From: a virus
Lineage: Duplodnaviria; Caudoviricetes
Length of the DNA stretch: 64,000 bases
Virus record (IMG/VR): IMGVR_UViG_3300037067_026010
Span: 146,570-210,569 of that record
Strand: one strand, 5' to 3'
In this document: piece by piece, positions 48,800 to 57,585 of the stretch
Numbering within the stretch: position 1 is the stretch's first letter
Layout: every line of letters starts with the position of its first letter
Translations under genes and position numbers: made by a program
Notes under the pieces: generated by a model
Database searches by the model: none
What the model saw: only the letters and a program-made list of their open reading frames with translations
Told to the model about the DNA's origin: nothing

Positions 48800-48815
48800 G
48801 TGTTCCTTCCTGTCG

Positions 48816-48831
48816 CGGTGCTTAATTACCG
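48816..48831. promoter_or_regulatory. 16-bp dyad motif, copy 6
   Basis: CGGTGCTTAATTACCG just upstream of the RBS of the 48799 gene. Confidence 0.6.
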
Positions 48832-49244
48832 CGGTCGTATTGTGCCGCGGGCGGAGCCCAGGCGTTCAGGATATTTCCAAGGCGCGTAGCCGCTAAGGAG
48901 TACAGCGGCAGTTTACATAGAAAAATCAGCCACGGCGCGTCTAAAAACACCGTGGGAAAATAGCACACCAGCGCGCCTATCCACGGCGCGTGGTGTGAAA
49001 AGCAGAAATTGCAAGATAACAATTCCGTAAGCCACCGCGGCGCGAAACGATCTAGCAGCCGAAACCACCACGGGCTCGGATCAACCGGGAGTAGTTCTGT
49101 GGCGGCGGCGGGGGCATCCGATAGGGCAGGCTGGCTGCGTGCTTCGAAATAAGCCCGAATTTCCGTAAAGATCGAACCATTGCGCCAAACGTCGACGATC
49201 GCGCTGGCGGCAAACGTGAGCACAAGAAAGTCAAGTGTCGTCAT
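48822..49244 (-). CDS. membrane protein (DUF1360-like)
   Basis: Hydrophobic segments with ELLSCNFCFSHH. Confidence 0.6.
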   Translation of the reverse strand: MTTLDFLVLTFAASAIVDVWRNGSIFTEIRAYFEARSQPALSDAPAAATELLPVDPSPWWFRLLDRFAPRWLTELLSCNFCFSHHAPWIGALVCYFPTVFLDAPWLIFLCKLPLYSLAATRLGNILNAWAPPAAQYDRGN

Positions 49245-49533
49245 TTTCCCGATACCGTCCTAGTATTCGAGTTTCCGCATCATCCAGATCGCGTTGCTCG
49301 AGCTGATTGAAGTAGTGCAACAGATAATAAAGCCCGGCGCAGACCGCTACAAGCAAGATCAAGCGGCACGTCCATGAGCCCTGTGCGCCATAGAAGGCAC
49401 AGCCGATCAGCATGCAGCTTGCAAGTCTACCCCAGAGGCTTGCTCCGTCAAACATGGGACTACTCCCAAAAAGTAAGCCGGCAATGCCGGCATATGCAGC
49501 GACGCTTCGTATTTCAAATTTCGAGCGCGCCAC
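49231..49533 (-). CDS. small membrane protein
   Basis: Three hydrophobic segments. Confidence 0.6.
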   Translation of the reverse strand: MARSKFEIRSVAAYAGIAGLLFGSSPMFDGASLWGRLASCMLIGCAFYGAQGSWTCRLILLVAVCAGLYYLLHYFNQLEQRDLDDAETRILGRYRENDDT

Positions 49534-49640
49534 CCGGCCATGCAGAGGTATTCCCTTGATCCGGCGTTTGATTTTCCGTCAAGAGCGCATTGGGCGAAGG
49601 CAGCGGCGGCTGCATCGGCAACTCGTGTACAAGAGCACGG

Positions 49641-49979
49641 TCAGGGCTTAAACGTGGACCCGGGCCCCTCCAGGTGGGCTGATCCTCGGGAATGCGCCGC
49701 TCCTGGTAAAGCCGAGCGGACATGCTGATTGCCGGTGTCGTCATAGGATAACTCCATTGACTTGGGGGGTGTCTGGAGGCCATGATAACGTGTCGGCAAT
49801 GAAAAAACAATCTGATCGGCGGTCTGGGCATCCATGACGACCTCCGGCGGATCTTCCGCAGGGGCAGCCCGGCATTGTCGATACACCCAACGGCACAGGC
49901 TAATGCAATAATCCACCAATTCGCAAAGATACTCCTCCAGCCAACCCAGACCGGGCCGGCGGCGCGACGATAACGACAT
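49641..49979 (-). CDS. hypothetical protein
   Basis: AAGGAGGT upstream of ATG 49979 (MSLSSRRR). Confidence 0.55.
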   Translation of the reverse strand: MSLSSRRRPGLGWLEEYLCELVDYCISLCRWVYRQCRAAPAEDPPEVVMDAQTADQIVFSLPTRYHGLQTPPKSMELSYDDTGNQHVRSALPGAAHSRGSAHLEGPGSTFKP

Positions 49980-52900
49980 GGCGACTACCTCCTTGAAAAG
50001 CCTTGAAAAGCGTACGCGGCGTACCTCTGTGCCGCCTACGGAGCTACAGCAATTATTAACGAAAGTGTGCAGCGGTGCAACCGGCCGCGAGGCACGCAAT
50101 GCCCGTTTTCAGGCTTTGTCCGCGTTAACGGCTGCGGGCGGCATGCGCACCCTCGAGGTACTACTACCACTGGCGCTGTCATTAAACAATAAGCCATACT
50201 CGCTGCAGAACTACTTTCCGTTCAGCCCTATCTTTGACGTGTCGATGCCCCCGAATATACTACTCAAAACCGGGAGGCAGGTGAGCAAATGCCTCCAGCT
50301 GCATGGCACCGCACGAGTACGCTTGGCCAACGGCCGCGAAGTACCTGTTAGTGATTTACACGTTGGCGACGCCGTACTGACGCTTAATTCGGCTTTTCAC
50401 TTCGAGACAGGGCATGTTAAACACATCTTCCACACCGGCCAGCAACCGTTATTCAAGATATGTACCCGCATGGGCGGCGAACTGACCCTAACGGCAAATC
50501 ACCCGTTACGCACACTCTACGGTTATACGCCAGTACGGGAGTTGGTTGTCGGTTCGCGCATCGCTGGCGTACGTCGCGGAGGCAGCTTTGGGAACCTGTG
50601 CATTGCGCGCGAGCGCATTATTCTGACTGCGCTTTTATTAGGGGACGGATCTATTGGCGTCTCCAAAAACTTCAATATTACGGCAGGTAAAACCTGCGTG
50701 CTCGATATAGCCAAACAATGCATTCAACAGTATCAATCAGAGCCGGTGCGGCTTTCAAAGAATACCAAAAAGGCGTTAAGCGCATATATATCTCAGAAGG
50801 GGACAATAGCCGGGTGGATGAAAGAAGACGGTTTGTGGGGCAAACGTGCGTGGGAAAAACATATTCCAGCTTGGGTTTTTGATCTGGCATATGCGGACAC
50901 CTGTTGCTTTCTTGCGCATCTGTGGGCCACGGACGGCATGATTACGCAATCTCGGCAAGGTAACGCGCATATAACGTACACCAGCACATCTCGGGAACTC
51001 GCCCGCGACGTACGCGGGCTCCTAGGTAAACTAGGCATTCCGTCCGCTATCAAAAGCCGGAGTGCCTACTGCAACAACAAACGCTGCCACGATGCCTACA
51101 TCGTCCGAGTCGAGACCAGGGACGGCTGTCAGCGCTTTATGCAACAGCTGGCCGTGCCGGGCAAGCCCGCCATAGCACTTCCTGAGACGAGTGAAAACAA
51201 TAATCGCGACACGATTCCTCTGGAGGTTACAGTAAAATTAAAAGAAGCGGCCGCGGCATTGCACCGAAAAACCGCTGGAGCATTACGCAAGCAGGGCTTG
51301 CGACTTACTCCGAAGTATCCGCTGTCTCAGCGCAAATTTGCGGAATATCTGCAGCATCTGCAGGCACATGCCCCGGGTACCGAGGCCCTGACCTTTTTAG
51401 AAACATTGCAAAATAACGACATAATATGGGACGAAATTCTTTCCATCACGCCGGTACCCGCTGAAGATACCGTTGATATCGAAATTGAAGGAAATCACAA
51501 TTTCGTACTCGACGGCATCGTCAGCCACAATTCCACAACGATCGCAGCACGTGGCATCCTCCTAGCGAACTGTATTTCGGATCTCAAGATACTCTATGTT
51601 ACTCCGTTATATGAACAGGTACGGCGCTTTTCGAACAACTACGTCCGACCGTTCATCGACCGTTCCCCACTCCGAAAATTATGGACAAATACGGATACCG
51701 ACAAGTCGGTGCTGCAGCGGTCGTTTCGTAATTACTCGTCCATGCTGTTCAGCTTCGCACTTCTTGACACCGAGCGTATTCGAGGTATCGCCACAGATTT
51801 GCTATTCGCGGATGAAAGCACACCTTTCTGGTCAACATTAACAACGCCAGCAGGCGCCGTACAAATTTGTGATATCACCCCCGGTACGGCAGTCCAGGGA
51901 TTTAATGATAACGGGGAAGTGGTATGGACCCATGTCCTAAAACAATGGTATGCGGGCCGTAGACGTTGTTATCGGTTACACACAGCAGGAGGTAGACATG
52001 TCGACCTTACCGCCGATTCCTTCGTGGCCACAACTGCCGGATGCTTACGCGTTTCCGCGCTCATCGAAGAAATCGCCCGTTCCCGGATGGACGCCGCCAA
52101 CGAATCTAACACTTGTCCAGGAGCAGATGCTGCATGGCACACTTCTAGGGGATGGCAATCTGGATCGGAGGCGCACCAGCTGCTACACGGCGCACCATTG
52201 CTGGACGCAACGCGAATACCTTTGGCAAAAATACATGATCTTGCGCGACTTCGTACGTGGAGTTCCGTACGAGACCAAGAGCACGCGACGCAAATACAGG
52301 TGCACGGCATTCTTCACTGCTGCAACTCCGGTATTTACCTATTGGCGCGACCGTTGGTATCCGAACGGGACCAAGATAATAACGGCGGAAAACCTTGCAC
52401 GGATCGACGAAATCGGCTTTCTACCGACGGTGGCGTGGTGGTTCGCCGACGACGGGAGCCGCTACGGGCGCTCCGATTCACCGACGATGATTTTTTGTAC
52501 GCACGGGTTCCAGTCCGACGAGGTCGATCTTTTGAGCCATTGGATGACGGATCATGGTTATCCTGCTCATCGTCTGATGTGTATCCGGAAAGGCTATCGG
52601 CCGTATCCGCTGCTCTATGTCAGAGTCAAGGGGGCAGTGCGGCTGATGGAGGCGCTTCTGCCGTATACCCCGCCAACCATGCGCTACAAACTGGCGCTTT
52701 CTGGCAGGAACGATATGGAAACCTGTATGTTTTGCGGGAAGTCGTTCCGGCAACCTGTGCTCCGCCGCCGGCCGAAGTATATGCGCCGAAAAGCCCGGGA
52801 ACGTGCCCGGAAAAAGCGGGAACAAACTCAAGCAACGTTATTGGCGAAGATCAGACACCAATCAAACTTGTTCCCGACGAGTTAATCGCCGTAGAAGATA

Positions 52901-54321
52901 TCGGCCTTGTCGATGTTTACGACGTAGAAACAGCTGGGACACACTCCATTATCTTAGGGGACTTAGCCGCACCGCAGTGCCAGGATCTTGATCCCTCACA
53001 TATTCCGATTATACGAGAGTGCATGTCCGCTTCCGACTGGGGCTTGGCGCAATTTACCGGAACGCCAAAAACACTCGACAATCCTATCGAAGGCATGTGG
53101 AAAACGTCCTCGCAGGCCGAGTGGTTTATACGCTGCAGACACTGTCACGAATGGAATATTCCCTCACTGGAGTACCACATTGACGCCATGATCGGGCCGT
53201 TGCACGATTTCATAGGCCCGCGGTGCCCCGCCATTGTCTGTCACAAATGTCGCAAGCCGCTAAACCCGCGAGCTTACCCCGCCGGCGACGGCAGATGGGT
53301 GCATAGATATCCGGACCGCCGAGACATGTTCGTCGGCTACCACATTCCGCAAGTGATACTGCCGCTGCATTACGAACGCCCGGACAAATGGCGCATCTTG
53401 CACGCCAAGAGCACGGGATGGGGCAATACGTCACGGAATGTTTTTTGCAACGAAGTTCTGGGAGAAAGCGTCGATGTCGGCCAGAAACTGGTTTCCGAAA
53501 CGGAACTGCAGCAGGCGAGCATCCTGGGCTGGGCCAACGACCCGTACAAGCCGCACCCGCGCATTCGAGAATTACTGCCACAATATAATTTCCGCGTTCT
53601 CGGTGTGGATTGGGGAGGAGGCGGCGAAGACGAAGTGAGTTTTACGGCCCTCGCCCTGATGGGCTATCGCCCCGACGGCCACCTCGATGTTTTATGGGGC
53701 AAACGGCTGTTGACACCGAACGACCACATGCGGGAAGCCCTCGAAATACGGCACTGGATGCAGTTGTTCGGCGTGCAACTGCTGGCGCATGATTACACCG
53801 GCGCCGGCATCGTGCGCGAAACGGTCCTGGTGCAAGCCGGCATGGACATAGAACGGATCATGCCGATCCAGTACGTGCGGGCCGCCAGCCGCGGCCTCCT
53901 CCAGTGCGTCCCTCCCACAGAATTGCATCCGCGGCAGCATTATCGGCTGGATAAGACGCGCAGCCTTCTGTATACGTGCCAGGCCATTAAACTGCAATTG
54001 ATGCGTTTCTTCCAATACGACTACCGTTCGGAAGAGGACCGCGGGTTGCTTAACGACTTCTTGGCGCTGGTCGCCGAAAAATCAGAGACGCGTCTGGCCG
54101 GCGATATTTTTACGATTACGAGAAATACGATGCGCACAGACGACTTTGCACATGCCTGTAATTTGGGAGCTGCCGCATTGTGGCACATTCACGGATGGCC
54201 CGACTTTGCGGCAGTCGCGCAGATCGGGCGCGTGACAAGCGAACAAATCGAAGCCGCCGGCAATTATAACTACGGTTGGGAGAACGACCGCCAAATGCAG
54301 CCGTTCTTCGGCCAACCGTAG
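49978..54321 (+). CDS. terminase large subunit (lambda gpA-like) with two inteins; ~646 aa after splicing; true start may be downstream
   Basis: Walker A LKTGRQVSK|STT, Walker B LLFADE|CQD, TGTPKT, CRHC/CHKC zinc region, nuclease LGVDWG, DDFAHA. Confidence 0.9.
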   Translation: MATTSLKSLEKRTRRTSVPPTELQQLLTKVCSGATGREARNARFQALSALTAAGGMRTLEVLLPLALSLNNKPYSLQNYFPFSPIFDVSMPPNILLKTGRQVSKCLQLHGTARVRLANGREVPVSDLHVGDAVLTLNSAFHFETGHVKHIFHTGQQPLFKICTRMGGELTLTANHPLRTLYGYTPVRELVVGSRIAGVRRGGSFGNLCIARERIILTALLLGDGSIGVSKNFNITAGKTCVLDIAKQCIQQYQSEPVRLSKNTKKALSAYISQKGTIAGWMKEDGLWGKRAWEKHIPAWVFDLAYADTCCFLAHLWATDGMITQSRQGNAHITYTSTSRELARDVRGLLGKLGIPSAIKSRSAYCNNKRCHDAYIVRVETRDGCQRFMQQLAVPGKPAIALPETSENNNRDTIPLEVTVKLKEAAAALHRKTAGALRKQGLRLTPKYPLSQRKFAEYLQHLQAHAPGTEALTFLETLQNNDIIWDEILSITPVPAEDTVDIEIEGNHNFVLDGIVSHNSTTIAARGILLANCISDLKILYVTPLYEQVRRFSNNYVRPFIDRSPLRKLWTNTDTDKSVLQRSFRNYSSMLFSFALLDTERIRGIATDLLFADESTPFWSTLTTPAGAVQICDITPGTAVQGFNDNGEVVWTHVLKQWYAGRRRCYRLHTAGGRHVDLTADSFVATTAGCLRVSALIEEIARSRMDAANESNTCPGADAAWHTSRGWQSGSEAHQLLHGAPLLDATRIPLAKIHDLARLRTWSSVRDQEHATQIQVHGILHCCNSGIYLLARPLVSERDQDNNGGKPCTDRRNRLSTDGGVVVRRRREPLRALRFTDDDFLYARVPVRRGRSFEPLDDGSWLSCSSSDVYPERLSAVSAALCQSQGGSAADGGASAVYPANHALQTGAFWQERYGNLYVLREVVPATCAPPPAEVYAPKSPGTCPEKAGTNSSNVIGEDQTPIKLVPDELIAVEDIGLVDVYDVETAGTHSIILGDLAAPQCQDLDPSHIPIIRECMSASDWGLAQFTGTPKTLDNPIEGMWKTSSQAEWFIRCRHCHEWNIPSLEYHIDAMIGPLHDFIGPRCPAIVCHKCRKPLNPRAYPAGDGRWVHRYPDRRDMFVGYHIPQVILPLHYERPDKWRILHAKSTGWGNTSRNVFCNEVLGESVDVGQKLVSETELQQASILGWANDPYKPHPRIRELLPQYNFRVLGVDWGGGGEDEVSFTALALMGYRPDGHLDVLWGKRLLTPNDHMREALEIRHWMQLFGVQLLAHDYTGAGIVRETVLVQAGMDIERIMPIQYVRAASRGLLQCVPPTELHPRQHYRLDKTRSLLYTCQAIKLQLMRFFQYDYRSEEDRGLLNDFLALVAEKSETRLAGDIFTITRNTMRTDDFAHACNLGAAALWHIHGWPDFAAVAQIGRVTSEQIEAAGNYNYGWENDRQMQPFFGQP
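50290..51531 (+). mobile_element. terminase intein 1 (414 aa) with in-frame LAGLIDADG endonuclease, inserted in Walker A
   Basis: K|CLQLHGTARVRLANG, LTANHP, LLLGDGS, LWATDG, VDIEIEGNHNFVLDGIVSHN|S. Confidence 0.95.
51817..52977 (+). mobile_element. terminase intein 2 (387 aa), atypical (Ser1, ends Pro-Gln), inserted in Walker B
   Basis: DE|STPFWSTLTTPAGAVQICDITPG, RLHTAGGRHVDLTADS, VYDVETAGTHSIILGDLAAPQ|CQD; removal restores LLFADECQD. Confidence 0.85.
51998..52885 (+). CDS. LAGLIDADG homing endonuclease encoded in the +1 frame inside terminase intein 2
   Basis: AGGAGGT at 51987-51993 before ATG 51998; LHGTLLGDGNL, QREYLWQKY, WYPNGTK, AWWFADDGS, CTHGF, MRYKL. Confidence 0.88.
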   Translation: MSTLPPIPSWPQLPDAYAFPRSSKKSPVPGWTPPTNLTLVQEQMLHGTLLGDGNLDRRRTSCYTAHHCWTQREYLWQKYMILRDFVRGVPYETKSTRRKYRCTAFFTAATPVFTYWRDRWYPNGTKIITAENLARIDEIGFLPTVAWWFADDGSRYGRSDSPTMIFCTHGFQSDEVDLLSHWMTDHGYPAHRLMCIRKGYRPYPLLYVRVKGAVRLMEALLPYTPPTMRYKLALSGRNDMETCMFCGKSFRQPVLRRRPKYMRRKARERARKKREQTQATLLAKIRHQSNLFPTS

Positions 54322-54325
54322 CTCA

Positions 54326-54562
54326 TCAACAGCCCGGTAATTTATCGGCGACTGTCGCCTCCGGCGAACTGCCGGACTGTTTACGTAAATGTAGCGTATC
54401 TAACAGCTGCTCTATCTGCTGTATGGCGGCTGGCGATAGGCCGAGCTTCGTAAGATCCTCAGTTGCCAGCGTTTCTAGGGTATGTATTCCCGCCTTCCGC
54501 AATCTGGACAAAGCACCAGGCGGCAAAGGCAATGTACCCAGCGGTTGAAATGTATGAACCAT
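54326..54562 (-). CDS. small helix-hairpin-helix protein resembling RNAP alpha C-terminal domain
   Basis: LPLPPGALSRLRKAGIHTLETL...LGLSPAAIQQIEQLL. Confidence 0.55.
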   Translation of the reverse strand: MVHTFQPLGTLPLPPGALSRLRKAGIHTLETLATEDLTKLGLSPAAIQQIEQLLDTLHLRKQSGSSPEATVADKLPGC

Positions 54563-54596
54563 GATGCCACATTAAAAATAAAACGGATCACACGAT

Positions 54597-54881
54597 TTAA
54601 TCGAGATCGTCGTCATCGTCATCGTCGTCGTCCCAATCTTCATCGTCTTCATCATCATCCCAATCGTCATCTTCCTCGTCATCCCAATCGTCGTCATCCT
54701 CGAGGCCATCCCAGTCGTCATCGTCGTCGAGATCCTCGTCGTCGAGATCCTCGTCGTCGAGATCCTCGTCGTCATCAGGCTCCAACGGGTCCTGCTCGGC
54801 AACCGCGGTCATGCCGAAAGCTTCGGGGTGGTCCTTCGGGTCCAGATCATCTTGCATCAACGGGTAATGGCAGTGTTCCAT
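54597..54881 (-). CDS. extremely acidic small protein
   Basis: 94 aa; C-terminal half is almost only D/E with periodic L/W; GGTG upstream of ATG 54881. Confidence 0.6.
   Translation of the reverse strand: MEHCHYPLMQDDLDPKDHPEAFGMTAVAEQDPLEPDDDEDLDDEDLDDEDLDDDDDWDGLEDDDDWDDEEDDDWDDDEDDEDWDDDDDDDDDLD
54721..54773. repeat. 15-bp tandem repeat x3.5 (encodes DEDLD)
   Basis: TCGTCGTCGAGATCC at 54721, 54736 and 54751. Confidence 0.9.
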
Positions 54882-57585
54882 ATTGCACCTGCGGGGGTTG
54901 AGGGGGGACATTAAGTTTACGGAATTGTTCGCTCCACCAGGCTTCGCGGATAACCCAGCCGAATTCCTCGTGGTATTGTTCTTCGCTAAGTAAGACACCT
55001 GCGGCTTTCAGCGAATCGGTAATTAGCGTTAAGTCGGGCGCGAGCCCGGCAAGGCGGAGTGCCCTCGTGCTAAAACGATCTTGCGAAATCCACAGACGCC
55101 CGTCTCCAAACGAGACTAAACCGGCCGGAGCAGATGCTCCGCTGGCACGTACGGGCACGATTAAACCTTCTTCCACCAAGCATCCGACAAGTCGTACAAA
55201 ATGCTGCCAAGCCGGAATGGCCGGAGTTTCCAGATAGTGGCGGGCGCCCAGCACGACTTGTCCGCACCCCGGGGCGCACTGCTCCATCCATTCGGCCAGG
55301 TCCGCCAGTAGATTTTCCGCTGTGGGTAAGCCGTCGTTCGGCAGCCAATGTCGCTGCCGGCAAAAATAACGCAGATATGCCGGCAAGGCCCGGGTAGCGA
55401 TGCCGCACAGCTTCTGTAAGCTGCCGCAAGCGCGCGGGCAACTGACGCCCGTCCAATGCCCGCGTATGCCGAGCAGCCGAGCCAAACTCGGAGTGGGCAT
55501 CAAAATCAGATGCTGCGGACGATGCAGCGTAAACCATTGGCCCAGGACGTCATCGACTTGTTTCGTCCAAAGCACTGGCCACGAATGTGCGCGCAGGGCA
55601 TGTCGCAATTGTCGCGGGTCGGCTGCCGCAAGGCAGCCGCACTGATGCACCACGGCATTGCCGATGATCTGGGCACCGAGCCCGTCCAGGTAGATACTGC
55701 AGGCCGGTTGGCCAAACGCCGGTGCTACAATATTTTGAAATACGCAAGTCAAAGTTGCCCAGAATAGCCTGGTTTCGTCATTTTCCGTGGCTAACGCCCG
55801 CAAATCGTCGGGCGTCAAGGCTTCGACAGGTGCAATGTTCCGGGCAGGCGCGGTTTTCTCGTCGAATAAGCATAATGGCTCTCGGACCACGTCGCCGCCA
55901 CGGTGTACGGCGAATTGCGGCAAGGTGAATGCCCGGAGGTTGCCATCCCAGCCCACACGTTCAGCAGCGGTGGCCACAACCGGTGCATGGAAAGTCATTG
56001 CCAGATTAACGCCGGCTCGGTTCCAGGCATTGGCGTAGACCGGCTGCCGCCGTCCCTGAGAAGCGACGTAATCGCAAGCCCAGCGTAACAGCCCGCGACG
56101 CTCTATGCGCGGCGCCAACTCCGTAAAGGTAAAGGTTTCGCCGCGATAGCGAACACTGCCTTTATAATATTTGCGCCGGTTTGGGGCGACGAGGGTCTGC
56201 TCGATGCGTACGACGCATCCGCAAATAAGCTGATTGTCGGGCAATTTATACCAGGCATCATCGAGCTCGCAAAACGCCTGTCCGCTATATCGCACGCATA
56301 CGCCGTGCCGCGGCGACGTAAGCAATTGTTCAAACCGTTGCCGTAAGGCGTCATCGCTCTCCTGGAGAAAGGTGCGTAGCTCCTGCCCTTGCAGCTCCAA
56401 TTCGGCGAACAATTCTTCGGCGCTTTCACCGGTGGCGTCCGGTAAACATCGGCGTAATGCCTGTTGCCAAGTCGTTGCCTTGGCGATGATGGTTCGCAAC
56501 CAGTCCGTACCGACGCGCTGTTGCAACAGCCGGCTCCGCTCCATTCCGGTTGTAGTATAAGGGGAAAGGCCGGCGCGCGCCTGTCTCGCACAAAGAAATG
56601 CAGCACGCGACCAGCTTGGCGACCACGCAATGAGGTCATCTGTGGCCAGCCAGTCCCACGGCAACTGCGTACGAATTTTCGGATGATAATACGCCCCTAC
56701 CATCGGTAGCGGACGGGTATTTTCGCGTAAATGCCGAAATTGCAACTGTGCGACGATGCACGGATCCGTGCACACGATAAGTGCGTTGCCAAAGAGCGGG
56801 TGAGGTGCCTCTTGCAACGCAGCCGGTAGAAAGGACAGGCCGGCTTCGAAGTATTTCGGAGACGACCCCGCTCTAACGGTAACGGGGTAGTACAGCACTT
56901 CCACCGGATCATTGCCGAGGAACAGGAAGCCGCTAAACCGCCCGGGTAAATCCCAGAACGGCATGACCAGCATTTCTTTCCAACCGCGTCCCGGCAAAAA
57001 GCTTCCAGATCGGGGCTTTGGCGCAGGATAAATGCTTTTGCGCGCCTGCAACCGCCCAGGAGCGAGGTGCTCCATAACCAGTGCCTTGGACGCTGCACCA
57101 AGGTATTGTCCGCCGTGCCGTTGCCAATAGGTCGTATAAATGGACGGCTGCACGTGAAGATATCGGCATAATCTCTGAATCTCGGCGGCACCGCTCTGTA
57201 ACAGGTAGTCCTGCGCCTGCTGCCAGAACCCGGCTACGTTTTTACGGCGGGTTACGTGGTCGCGTAAATAGTCAGCGATACACGCCGGCTCCATCTGTGC
57301 TTCTGCAATAGGCAGTCCGAGGCCGCGCAACTTGTACAATGTCGGGCCTATTTCGAGCTTCCAAAACGCGCTGGAAAGCTCTATCATATCTCCATGGAAG
57401 CCGCAGTGCCGGCATACCGCCCATTCCCCGCCATAGACGGGGTCTGCATAACGGTGCAGGGTATGTTCTCGACACAGAGGGCATGCAGATACCGCTGGTA
57501 AATGCTGTATGTCCGTAGCCACACCTAGTGCGGCCAGAATTTGCGTCCCGGCAAAATATTTATTTAGGGAGGATTCAGTCAACAT
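54847..57585 (-). CDS. large primase-like protein (CHC2-type zinc finger, degenerate DnaG core, DUF927-like region)
   Basis: CPLC...WAVCRHCGFHGDMI; LVMPFWDLPGRFSGF; ERVGWDG; no clear TOPRIM acidic residues. Confidence 0.6.
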   Translation of the reverse strand: MLTESSLNKYFAGTQILAALGVATDIQHLPAVSACPLCREHTLHRYADPVYGGEWAVCRHCGFHGDMIELSSAFWKLEIGPTLYKLRGLGLPIAEAQMEPACIADYLRDHVTRRKNVAGFWQQAQDYLLQSGAAEIQRLCRYLHVQPSIYTTYWQRHGGQYLGAASKALVMEHLAPGRLQARKSIYPAPKPRSGSFLPGRGWKEMLVMPFWDLPGRFSGFLFLGNDPVEVLYYPVTVRAGSSPKYFEAGLSFLPAALQEAPHPLFGNALIVCTDPCIVAQLQFRHLRENTRPLPMVGAYYHPKIRTQLPWDWLATDDLIAWSPSWSRAAFLCARQARAGLSPYTTTGMERSRLLQQRVGTDWLRTIIAKATTWQQALRRCLPDATGESAEELFAELELQGQELRTFLQESDDALRQRFEQLLTSPRHGVCVRYSGQAFCELDDAWYKLPDNQLICGCVVRIEQTLVAPNRRKYYKGSVRYRGETFTFTELAPRIERRGLLRWACDYVASQGRRQPVYANAWNRAGVNLAMTFHAPVVATAAERVGWDGNLRAFTLPQFAVHRGGDVVREPLCLFDEKTAPARNIAPVEALTPDDLRALATENDETRLFWATLTCVFQNIVAPAFGQPACSIYLDGLGAQIIGNAVVHQCGCLAAADPRQLRHALRAHSWPVLWTKQVDDVLGQWFTLHRPQHLILMPTPSLARLLGIRGHWTGVSCPRACGSLQKLCGIATRALPAYLRYFCRQRHWLPNDGLPTAENLLADLAEWMEQCAPGCGQVVLGARHYLETPAIPAWQHFVRLVGCLVEEGLIVPVRASGASAPAGLVSFGDGRLWISQDRFSTRALRLAGLAPDLTLITDSLKAAGVLLSEEQYHEEFGWVIREAWWSEQFRKLNVPPQPPQVQYGTLPLPVDAR

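Noticed and set aside
49977-49980. Divergent genes sharing a CATG start (also 57583-57586)
   Set aside because: At each site only one direction has a Shine-Dalgarno; the other start is probably mis-assigned, and CATG is self-complementary by chance.
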